A stretch of 64,000 nucleotides of DNA. Source: Candidatus Falkowbacteria bacterium (GTDB lineage Bacteria; Patescibacteriota; Patescibacteriia; UBA11705; JABHMO01). The stretch lies in contig JABHAL010000015.1 of the NCBI GenBank assembly GCA_018674305.1, positions 30,683-94,682 of the forward strand, given 5' to 3'. Positions 19,291-27,168 of this stretch are shown piece after piece. The position numbers and the translations under genes were made by a program. The notes beneath the pieces are model-generated. The model worked only from the letters and a program-made list of their open reading frames with translations. It had not been told where the DNA came from and did not search any database. Position 1 is the first letter of the stretch; each line of letters starts with the position of its first letter.

Positions 19291-19536
19291 ATGTCAAACT
19301 TTACAGTTGTTTTAAAGCAAGACGAACCTGGTTTTTTTGTGGATGTACCTGCTTTGCCAGGATGTAATACTCAAGGCCGAAATGAAGAAGATGCAGTAGT
19401 TCAGGCTAAAGATGCAATCGTTGCCTGGTGTGATCATGCAACAGAACTAGGAGTTAAGATCCCAACTAATGTCCAGGTTAACCTTGCCAATTATAACGGC
19501 AATGTTTCACTGCATGTTGTGAGTGTGGATGTATGA
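19291..19536 (+). CDS. hicB: HicB-family antitoxin-like protein (UPF0150 N-terminal domain only)
   Basis: FVDVPALPGC...EEDAVVQAKDAI matches the HicB_N fold signature; GGAGGG ribosome-binding site; no hicA partner found. Confidence 0.6.
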   Translation: MSNFTVVLKQDEPGFFVDVPALPGCNTQGRNEEDAVVQAKDAIVAWCDHATELGVKIPTNVQVNLANYNGNVSLHVVSVDV

Positions 19537-19542
19537 AATCCA

Positions 19543-19575
19543 AAAGCCCGAGAACAAAGTTCCGGGCTTTTATAT
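19543..19575 (+). terminator. Rho-independent terminator after hicB
   Basis: aagcccg...cgggctt hairpin followed by ttttat. Confidence 0.6.
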
Positions 19576-19602
19576 TTGGCAGTTGTTTTTTGGTACTTGT
19601 AA

Positions 19603-19758
19603 CTTTTAACAACAATCATCCCAGTCAACCACACCATCAAGTTCTTTAAGTTTTTCTTCGTATTGCTTTAAGCAGTCTTCACAGCAAAAATTAACATCAT
19701 GTTTAGCGATGATTTTTTCATCTTCAATTTGTTTCTCGCAAGTAATGCATTTCTTCAT
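19603..19758 (-). CDS. Small Cys-rich protein (51 aa, MKKCITCEKQIEDEKIIAKHDVNFCCEDCLKQYEEKLKELDGVVDWDDCC), TRASH/MYM-like zinc-binding candidate; not in the ORF track
   Basis: Own translation of the minus strand; C-x2-C-x16-CC-x2-C spacing. Confidence 0.3.
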
Positions 19759-19826
19759 ATTGAATTGCAATAATATTCAATTTAATTATATCCTAGAATA
19801 GGTAAGAATGCAATTCATTCTCTCTG

Positions 19827-19855
19827 TTGACAAAGTTATACTTGTGTGCTATAAT
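19827..19855 (+). promoter_or_regulatory. Consensus sigma70 promoter (TTGACA-17 nt-TATAAT)
   Basis: ttgaca at 19827-19832, 17-nt spacer, tataat at 19850-19855. Confidence 0.7.
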
Positions 19856-19889
19856 ATTCTAATGATATTTGAGGTATATTTGAAGCGAC

Positions 19890-20099
19890 ATGGAGGTCAC
19901 TGTGAAAAAGGGAACAAAGTATATGCTGCAGTATGCTATGAATTTGAACATTCCTGCTGGTGGATCAACTGGCAACATGGAGATGAAGTATTTTCGAACT
20001 TTTATTGGCCTGTGTTGGTTTGTCATTCGTGACAAAGTTGCCTGCGCGGCGCTTAAGGCTGGTAGAGTCCGAGTCATCACAATCAAAAAAGACAAGTGA
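19890..20099 (+). CDS. Small ORF (69 aa) inside the promoter-to-terminator unit. An alternative 56-aa leaderless Cys/His-rich ORF runs 19862-20032; the unit could instead encode an sRNA
   Basis: GGAGGT ribosome-binding site before ATG/GTG; the stop abuts the strong terminator; no homology recognised. Confidence 0.25.
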   Translation: MEVTVKKGTKYMLQYAMNLNIPAGGSTGNMEMKYFRTFIGLCWFVIRDKVACAALKAGRVRVITIKKDK

Positions 20100-20106
20100 A
20101 AAACAA

Positions 20107-20141
20107 AGAGACGCGAGTTATCACACTCGCGTCTCTTTCTA
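20107..20141. terminator. Strong bidirectional terminator (12-bp stem agagacgcgagt/actcgcgtctct)
   Basis: Perfect 12-bp GC-rich inverted repeat; T-run on the minus side, serving gene 20150-20941 and the plus-strand mini-unit. Confidence 0.8.
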
Positions 20142-20149
20142 TATTAAAT

Positions 20150-20941
20150 CTATTTCTTCTTCTTTGTTACAGTTTTCTTTTTTGGAGCTGTTTTTTTAGT
20201 AGCTGCTTTCTTTGCTGCCGGTTTCTTTTTTGGAGCAGCCTTCTTGGTAGCTACTTTCTTTGCAGTAGGTTTCTTTTTTGGAGTAGCCTTCTTTTTTGTT
20301 ACTGCCTTTTTCTTTACTACAGCTTTCTTTGGAGCTGGTTTTGAAGGTGTTGCCTTTACTTCTGAAGACGGAGGAGAATAAGGTTTTGGTTTTTGTTCTT
20401 GGTAAGAAGATCGTCCACCTTGGTCACCACGTGAAGGTCTTGAGTTTTGTCCTTGATAAGAAGATCGTCCGCCTCGTCCACCACGTGAAGAGCTTGAATT
20501 TCGCCCTTGATATGAAGATCGGCCACCTTGTCCGTATGCGGGTCTTGAGTTTTGTCCATGATAAGATGATCGTCCGCCGTGACTTTGTGGGCGTGAGTAA
20601 GATTGGCTTTTGATCCCAAGTGCCTTTAGAATTTGGTCTAATTTAGCATTCAGAGTTTCAAAATCAGGTCTTGATCCACCTGCTCCACCTGAACCGCCAC
20701 TTGAGTCGCTTCTTTTTATACCACCAAAACATTTATTACAATAAATTGGCTTATCACCGCTTGGGTTGAAAGGCACTTCACAGCGCTGTCCACAAGCAGC
20801 ACAAACCGCCTTGAATAAAGGACGGTCAGAGTTTTTTCTATTTTCTTGGAAACATTTATCACAGAAAACCGGTTTGTCTCCAGAGGGTGTAAACGGAAGT
20901 TCACAACTATTTCCGCATTTATCACATTTTGCATTAAACAT
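20150..20941 (-). CDS. Nucleic-acid-binding protein: two CxxC...CxxC zinc ribbons, an RGG/SY-QG-N-SRP low-complexity repeat region and a Lys/Ala-rich histone-H1-like tail
   Basis: CDKCGNSCELPFTPSGDKPVFCDKCF and CAACGQRCEVPFNPSGDKPIYCNKCF; GGRSSYQGQNSRP repeats; C-terminal AKKAATKK repeats. Confidence 0.6.
   Translation of the reverse strand: MFNAKCDKCGNSCELPFTPSGDKPVFCDKCFQENRKNSDRPLFKAVCAACGQRCEVPFNPSGDKPIYCNKCFGGIKRSDSSGGSGGAGGSRPDFETLNAKLDQILKALGIKSQSYSRPQSHGGRSSYHGQNSRPAYGQGGRSSYQGRNSSSSRGGRGGRSSYQGQNSRPSRGDQGGRSSYQEQKPKPYSPPSSEVKATPSKPAPKKAVVKKKAVTKKKATPKKKPTAKKVATKKAAPKKKPAAKKAATKKTAPKKKTVTKKKK
20390..20620. repeat. Imperfect tandem DNA repeats (~39-nt unit, about 5 copies) encoding the GGRSSYQGxNSRP region
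   Basis: Recurrent ...gatcgtccgcc...gtccttgataagaagatcgtcc... units visible in the sequence. Confidence 0.55.
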
Positions 20942-20962
20942 AAAAATAAAATATTCTTATAG

Positions 20963-21163
20963 TTACTTAATTATTTGTTGTACTCGACCTACTTCACCTG
21001 TTGTTAAGCGGACTTTTATACCTCGGTGATGTTCAGCTGAGGAGGTAAGTATATCCTTTATCACCCCAGATGTCAATGGCCCGCCTTTTTGGTCTTGTTT
21101 GAGGACAATAGCTACCTCAAGACCTGGGTGAAGATTGCTTCGTAAGGTGCCTGGATTTTCCAT
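20963..21163 (-). CDS. YwbE-family small protein (DUF2196-like)
   Basis: GVIKDILTSSAEHHRGIKVRLTTGEVGRV signature. Confidence 0.55.
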   Translation of the reverse strand: MENPGTLRSNLHPGLEVAIVLKQDQKGGPLTSGVIKDILTSSAEHHRGIKVRLTTGEVGRVQQIIK

Positions 21164-21165
21164 AT

Positions 21166-21732
21166 TTAATTGAAAAATTTAAAAACTTGATTAACCTTTT
21201 TGTTAATCTTGTTTTTTTGTTTTTGGTTAAATTCAAAACAGTTGTCAATCATATAGCCTTTTGTTTTTAATCCACAAAAACCTAGAGTATTTTTTGTAAC
21301 GGTTTTTAAGGCTCGATTTTTAGCAATTAGCTTTTCATAAATTGCTGGACCACCAGTGGTTACAATAACGGCCGCTTTTCCTTTTAGTAATCCAACCGGT
21401 CTTTTTCCAATATAATGAAAAGCAAAATCCTTAGTTAAAACTTTATCAAAAAAACCTTTCAGGATTGCAGGACTACTATTCCACCAATTGGGAAATATCA
21501 CAATGATTTTTTTGTTTTCTTTAATTAATTTTTGCCATGATTTCACTTGAGCTGAAATTTTTGATTCGGGTCTGGTATAAAGTTCGTTCGATTGTAAAAT
21601 AGGATCAAAATCTTCTTCATACAGATCTAGTAGCTTATAGTCGTTTTTTTTATTCTTTAATAGTTGTTCTATTTTTTCTAAAATGAAACCATTATGACCT
21701 TTTTTATCTGGATGCGCGTAAATAATTAACAT
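21166..21732 (-). CDS. Flavodoxin-like fold NAD(P)H-dependent oxidoreductase (NQO/azoreductase-like)
   Basis: MLIIYAHPDKKGHNG...IVIFPNWWNSSPAILKGFFDKV Flavodoxin_2 pattern. Confidence 0.6.
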   Translation of the reverse strand: MLIIYAHPDKKGHNGFILEKIEQLLKNKKNDYKLLDLYEEDFDPILQSNELYTRPESKISAQVKSWQKLIKENKKIIVIFPNWWNSSPAILKGFFDKVLTKDFAFHYIGKRPVGLLKGKAAVIVTTGGPAIYEKLIAKNRALKTVTKNTLGFCGLKTKGYMIDNCFEFNQKQKNKINKKVNQVFKFFN

Positions 21733-21809
21733 TTGCTCTGTTTGTTATTAAAAAGATGCTAGCTTACACTAACATCTTCTATTTTACCTTAAATTTTGTG
21801 TAAAATCAA

Positions 21810-23375
21810 CTAGTTGGTGTCATTAAGTTGTTTTTTTGGTGCAACTTTGACCTTTGGTTTTATTTTAATTAGACCAGGCCCTTGCTGTACGGGTTGAACT
21901 TTAATATCAACTTTAGGAAAAACACTACTGCTGCCGTCATTGGTGAACTCTTTGTTTGGTGAATCACTAATTGTGCTACCACCTTGATCATAGGGTTCAG
22001 TTTTCGGTGCATTAATTTCTTTGGGATTGAACTTAGCTTCAACAGTAGGCTTTACTTCCTTTTTTTGGGGATCCCACTTAGTTTCGTCATAAGCTGGTAG
22101 CATTTGTTTTTCTTTTCTGATTTCGTGAACCTTTCGTTTCTGATTATCTTTCATAAGATCCTTTTTCTCGTTGATTTTTCTCAATAATTCATCTGCAGCA
22201 ACATCACCGCTTTCAGCCTTGGTAGTTAATTCTAATTTCTTGGCTTTAAGTATTTTAGCTTTTTCGATTCTGCGTCGGGCATCATTTTTTGCTGTGCTTA
22301 TGGTGGATTTTAGTTTACTGGATAATTCTTTGGCTTTTCCGGCTTGATCAAGAATCTTATGACGTCTTTCTAATAACTTTTCTTTCAACTCATCATTTTT
22401 AGCTTGAACATGGGCCATGTAATTCTTTACTTTGGCAGCACGTTCGCGAACATCAATTTTTTCCATTTTTTCTCCAAGTTTTCTGTGTCTTTCGGCAATA
22501 GCTATATCAAAAGCCTTTTTGTTATCTCCAAATTTATCTTTTAGTTTATCAATAAATTCTAAATCGTTTAAAGGTTTAAGATTACTACCTTGTTTTGCTT
22601 CAAATATTTTGCGTAAACGTTCAGCTACTTTTTCTGGATCGTTATTGTCAACCTTTTCCATAACTTCTTTCATGTTTTCCAAATGTCTTTCGCGGGTGGC
22701 TTTAATTTTTTCATAAGCTTTGTTTGTCACTTGGTTTTCCAGTTTTTCAAGAATTTTATGGTGCAAGTACTGTTGGTGGGTAAATTTATCTTGAAGGTTT
22801 TTCAATTTTTCCGGATCTATATCGAAACTTGTGATTTTGTTTTTAATGTAAGTTACATATTCTTGAGCTTTCTCAATGTCTTTAACTGCTTTAGCTTTTA
22901 ATTTTTCATTATCACTATTTTCAATAACGTATTTGGCTCGAGCAACTTTTTGATTAGCGTAGGTAAATCGCTTTTCTGCAGCTTTAGCGGCATCAAAAGT
23001 TGTAGCTAAAGAAATAGCTTGTTTGGTATTTTGCCACCAACGACGCCAGCGGGAAGTTGTTTGAACATTTGCGTTAACCTCTAAGTCCTCAACTGTTACT
23101 TCATTATCAATTATCGCTTCTTCAGAAACTATTTCTTCTATTACTAAATCATCATATTCTGCTGGTAAAACAATTTCTTCAGTTGGTAAAGCACCGCCTT
23201 CAGTTGATCCGCTTATATTTTCAGCCTCCATAACTTCAATTGTTGTGTCATGATTGACATCCTCTGCTTCGCCTTGAATATCGCCGATCTGTATAAATGC
23301 GCTTTGTGCTAAAGTTGGAGAAGCTATACAAAGCATTACCAAAATGATTAAAATTCGACTAAGATTAGATAACAT
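21810..23375 (-). CDS. Secreted K/E-rich coiled-coil protein (hypothetical)
   Basis: Signal peptide (ILVMLCIASPTLAQS) followed by a long charged helical region. Confidence 0.45.
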   Translation of the reverse strand: MLSNLSRILIILVMLCIASPTLAQSAFIQIGDIQGEAEDVNHDTTIEVMEAENISGSTEGGALPTEEIVLPAEYDDLVIEEIVSEEAIIDNEVTVEDLEVNANVQTTSRWRRWWQNTKQAISLATTFDAAKAAEKRFTYANQKVARAKYVIENSDNEKLKAKAVKDIEKAQEYVTYIKNKITSFDIDPEKLKNLQDKFTHQQYLHHKILEKLENQVTNKAYEKIKATRERHLENMKEVMEKVDNNDPEKVAERLRKIFEAKQGSNLKPLNDLEFIDKLKDKFGDNKKAFDIAIAERHRKLGEKMEKIDVRERAAKVKNYMAHVQAKNDELKEKLLERRHKILDQAGKAKELSSKLKSTISTAKNDARRRIEKAKILKAKKLELTTKAESGDVAADELLRKINEKKDLMKDNQKRKVHEIRKEKQMLPAYDETKWDPQKKEVKPTVEAKFNPKEINAPKTEPYDQGGSTISDSPNKEFTNDGSSSVFPKVDIKVQPVQQGPGLIKIKPKVKVAPKKQLNDTN

Positions 23376-23432
23376 AGATTCTTATTGTTATTAATTATCT
23401 TCGTAATTCATTATACCATGAATTACGAAAAT

Positions 23433-23461
23433 CAAAAGAGAGCAGTTACTGCTCTCTTTTG
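23433..23461. terminator. Rho-independent terminator (agagagcag-tta-ctgctctct + T-run)
   Basis: Perfect 9-bp stem; T-runs on both sides. Confidence 0.7.
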
Positions 23462-23480
23462 TATAGAATTTCTTTAAGTT

Positions 23481-24620
23481 CTATCTACTTGCTCCGGTAT
23501 AAGCGATTGCTCTCATAATTGACCAGTGATGTGAAGTGCTTGGTACATAACCATATACACCTTTGAAGCTGCCAATGGCGGCTCTTTCACTATCAAGGTT
23601 TCTAACAACATTTCTGATGTTGTAGCCTATATAGTACAAGGCCCATTCATCGTAAATGTTATTAAAGTCTGGCAAACGTTTGTAAACTTTTGTGAAGTCT
23701 ACAAGAGCAGTTTGTTCAGCGCTGATCTGCCTTTGAGTTGGCTTATGGCTGGTCAATATTAGATCAATATCATACCAGTCTGTTGTTGATGCCGGTACTC
23801 GACCATATATGTCGAAGTAGTCACCAACTACACCTTTTCGGTCACGGACAGACATACCAGTAGAGTTTGTTGTACCGTAAGCAATAAAGTTAACACTTTG
23901 CCATTCCCCATCAGTTGCTGGCACATCTCCAGTTAATGCAATAAAGTGTTCCAATCCCTCAGCCTCATTATCTGCATTGATAACAGCAGCCTGAGTTGGT
24001 ACTACCTCTGAAACAGTTTCGGTTGTTAATTCAACTCCAGTATCTGTAGTCACAGTTTCAGTCGTTGTAGTAGTTGTAGTAGTACCTCCATTACCTCCAC
24101 CATTGCCACCACCACCTGCAGTGATGGTAAATGTGCTGTTTGTTGGAGTTGGGGTGTAACCGTCACCACTATGAGTTCTAACCGCTACCACGCCGGCTGT
24201 TGCTGCGCCTGATCCTGTTGTATAGCCAAATGTCCAGGTAGTACCTGATCCACTCATTGCAGTGTAAGCTTGAGTCGCTACTGCATCTTCCGTGATGTAA
24301 ATGTCAGGTGTTCCTGAAACCGCAGAGCCGAATGTTGCGGTAATTGTAACTGCGGTATTTGGAGTGATTGTACAACTGCTAGAACATGAAGCGTATGTGA
24401 TTGCCAATGTCGGAGTTTCCTCTGTCCAATAACCATAACCATATCCATATTCAGAAGCTACACCATAACCATAACCATAGCCAGAGTCTTGTGTCGCAAA
24501 GGTTGTATAAACTGTACTCAAGTCAAAAACTGTTACTAAAGCTACTATCATAACTAAAGCAACAATTACCTTTGCTATTGTTTTCTCACTACTAAAAAAT
24601 TTTCCTATTTTTTTTTCCAT
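23481..24620 (-). CDS. Membrane-anchored surface protein with GYGYGY repeats and poly-Thr/Gly linker (hypothetical)
   Basis: N-terminal TM helix; SGYGYGYGVASEYGYGYGY; GGGGNGGGNGGTTTTTTTTETVTTD. Confidence 0.45.
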   Translation of the reverse strand: MEKKIGKFFSSEKTIAKVIVALVMIVALVTVFDLSTVYTTFATQDSGYGYGYGVASEYGYGYGYWTEETPTLAITYASCSSSCTITPNTAVTITATFGSAVSGTPDIYITEDAVATQAYTAMSGSGTTWTFGYTTGSGAATAGVVAVRTHSGDGYTPTPTNSTFTITAGGGGNGGGNGGTTTTTTTTETVTTDTGVELTTETVSEVVPTQAAVINADNEAEGLEHFIALTGDVPATDGEWQSVNFIAYGTTNSTGMSVRDRKGVVGDYFDIYGRVPASTTDWYDIDLILTSHKPTQRQISAEQTALVDFTKVYKRLPDFNNIYDEWALYYIGYNIRNVVRNLDSERAAIGSFKGVYGYVPSTSHHWSIMRAIAYTGASR

Positions 24621-24836
24621 TTTGGTAAATTTTAAGATTAATCAATTTAAACCATTCGACCTTTAAGCAGTTTGCTTAATGATTATGGTAATATGGATTC
24701 ATCTATATGCTTAAGGTTGGATCCTAATAGAAGATTATATATTACCAAATGTATTATACCATTTTTCTTATTATTCTAAAAGTTTTAATAGTATGTATGT
24801 GGATAAACTATATGTTGTAAATTGAAGTTATTGTTT

Positions 24837-25535
24837 TCATTTTTCGAAGGATTTTTTTTTAATTAAGGTAATAAATAAAGTTGAAACTCCAATCACAAGA
24901 AAATAGTAAGCATAAATAGCCAAAAATTCAGCAAATAGTTTTTTATCAAAAGCAATAGAAATAGGAATTATTATTAGAAGTATGGTGGCTAAAATAAAGC
25001 TCCATTTTTCATTTTTCGTTGACAGTATCGTTCTTAAAGCAAAAATTAAAATTAGGAAATCAAAAAAAGTTGCTTGAATATAGAAACATAATGCTAGGAT
25101 TATACTAATAATAATAATTTTTATATTCGAGGATTGTTTAGTTTTATCAATAGCAAATACTGTTGCAATAAATTTAACAAACATTTTATATGAATTTATG
25201 CAAAATCTAGGTAACAACCTCAAGAAAAAAATCTTAATAAAAGTAAGAGAATTCTTTAATATTGTTTTTGTGGTAAAATTTGATGTATTTTTTATTAAAT
25301 TATCATTAGTTTTATGAAACTTAAATGAAGTAAATGTTTTATGAAAATTATTGATTATGAATAATAAAAACAAACTAAAAACGCATATATGGAATGCTGG
25401 CCAATTAAAATAAGCCTTCCATGATGAAAAAAATAATGAACCAAGAAAAGCTGTCAAATAAAACAATAAAATATATGAAAATAGGTTGCCCACATCATTT
25501 AGAAAAAACTTGATTACACTTTTTAATTTAAACAT
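24837..25535 (-). CDS. Polytopic membrane protein (hypothetical)
   Basis: About 6 hydrophobic helices; no motif. Confidence 0.35.
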   Translation of the reverse strand: MFKLKSVIKFFLNDVGNLFSYILLFYLTAFLGSLFFSSWKAYFNWPAFHICVFSLFLLFIINNFHKTFTSFKFHKTNDNLIKNTSNFTTKTILKNSLTFIKIFFLRLLPRFCINSYKMFVKFIATVFAIDKTKQSSNIKIIIISIILALCFYIQATFFDFLILIFALRTILSTKNEKWSFILATILLIIIPISIAFDKKLFAEFLAIYAYYFLVIGVSTLFITLIKKKSFEK

Positions 25536-25539
25536 AGCC

Positions 25540-27168
25540 TTATTTAATTTTATAAAGAAGTAAGTTCTTAGTATCTATTATTTTTTCAATATCCTCATCC
25601 TTCTCCATCCACAAATAATCTTCCCACTCTAATTCCTTGGCTAATATAATATATTTTATATTTAATTCATCTTTTTTCAATAATTGTACTGGAGCTTTAT
25701 ACTTTATCCAATCTTCAATAAAATTGCTGTCATTAGCTACATTATTACTATAAATATTTCCAATCTCAATATTTGTTCCTATAATCACTGGACATTCAAA
25801 ATATAAATTTGCTGGATTTGCAACTATCCTACCAATCCAATTGAAACTCATATACATATGCCAGGGCAAAAACAAAGTATTCCCATCACAGTCTTGTTCC
25901 AGTAAATATTGATCTACTTCTTGCCAATCTGGAGGATACCTAGCGGGATTAATCTGTCCATAGCCAGCCCCAAACAAAGGTAATGACTGAAAACAGACCA
26001 AAAAGATTAAAGTTGTTATAAAGACTGTTTTATAACTTTTAAATACTTTACTTTGAGTTAAACCATATACACCACACGCAAACCAAACTGTGTACACCAA
26101 AACAATTAGACTTATCCACTTGGCTGTATCTCTCATCCCTTTATAAAACGGGAAATTATCAAACATGAATTCAGTAATTTGTTTAGTTATTGGGAGACGA
26201 ATACCAACAGCTAAAGTGATAGCAACTATCCACATGATTATCAGGCCGATAGCTATTTTTTTAGTTTTTGGATCTTTGAATAATCGCCAGACACCATAAA
26301 TTAGTAATGGCACTAGCATTATAAAGGCTACTCGAAAATTAGTATTAGTAGCAATATCCAAATAACGATGCTGTTCACTACCCCAAAAGCCTGATAATAA
26401 AATAACATTAAGCAGTGCATCTTGCCCCGTCTCACCAGCAGTTCTGAAAAAAAATAGATGTTCTTTGGTAATTGTTTGACCAATAAAATCTTGATCCAAG
26501 GTTTTGGTTGCAAAAACTCCGATTATCCAGTTCAAGTTAATCACAATGCAAATTAGCAGTGACCATAAAACTATTTTTTTTAATTTTTGTTTGTTCAATA
26601 TATTTTTCGGAATCCGAAAAAGATATAGCAAGAAAAAGATAATTCCTACTAATCCTATGAAAAATAAAAAATGTGCTGAAAAAACTAAACTAAAGGAGAA
26701 ATAAATTGCTGCCTTGAATAAATTTTTTATTTGATTCGATTGAACTAACCTGATTAAATGGGAAAAACCAAAACCAAACAAGGCAAAAGCTAACAAGAAA
26801 TGCAATTGGCCATACATTAGCCGATCATATACAAATGGATTTACTAAAGTCAATAAACTGGCCAACCAAACAACAAACTTATTGTCAAAAAAGTTTCTAG
26901 TTATACTTCTACCACTCAAAATAATAGCTGCCAAAACTCCAGTAATAAATAGTTTTTGAATAAAAGCTATTGGTAAAATAAGTGACAATATTTTCACTAT
27001 TGAATTTAACAGAAAAGACTGCTTAAAAAAATCAACCGTTATTTGCGGACCCCAAGCAAGGTCAGTTAAAAATACAAAACCTGGTTTTAATAATATTGGA
27101 ATAACAATTACCAAAATAGGAACAGCATACCAAGTCAAATCTGAAATTTGATTTTTTTGTTTATTCAT
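25540..27168 (-). CDS. Polytopic membrane protein with C-terminal soluble domain (GT-C-like candidate). The start is moved to the ATG at 27168, 2 nt after the upstream stop
   Basis: >10 TM helices; ATG (MNKQKNQ) immediately after the stop of the rSAM gene. Confidence 0.4.
   Translation of the reverse strand: MNKQKNQISDLTWYAVPILVIVIPILLKPGFVFLTDLAWGPQITVDFFKQSFLLNSIVKILSLILPIAFIQKLFITGVLAAIILSGRSITRNFFDNKFVVWLASLLTLVNPFVYDRLMYGQLHFLLAFALFGFGFSHLIRLVQSNQIKNLFKAAIYFSFSLVFSAHFLFFIGLVGIIFFLLYLFRIPKNILNKQKLKKIVLWSLLICIVINLNWIIGVFATKTLDQDFIGQTITKEHLFFFRTAGETGQDALLNVILLSGFWGSEQHRYLDIATNTNFRVAFIMLVPLLIYGVWRLFKDPKTKKIAIGLIIMWIVAITLAVGIRLPITKQITEFMFDNFPFYKGMRDTAKWISLIVLVYTVWFACGVYGLTQSKVFKSYKTVFITTLIFLVCFQSLPLFGAGYGQINPARYPPDWQEVDQYLLEQDCDGNTLFLPWHMYMSFNWIGRIVANPANLYFECPVIIGTNIEIGNIYSNNVANDSNFIEDWIKYKAPVQLLKKDELNIKYIILAKELEWEDYLWMEKDEDIEKIIDTKNLLLYKIK

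Noticed and set aside
19860-20141. tmRNA / RNase P RNA / SRP RNA / 6S RNA assignment for the orphan transcription unit
   Set aside because: None of the hallmark motifs was found by eye (tRNA-like GGUUCGAnUCC end, GGAAAGUCCGG P4, SRP domain IV GGAA/AGCAG). It is left as an unknown small protein or sRNA.
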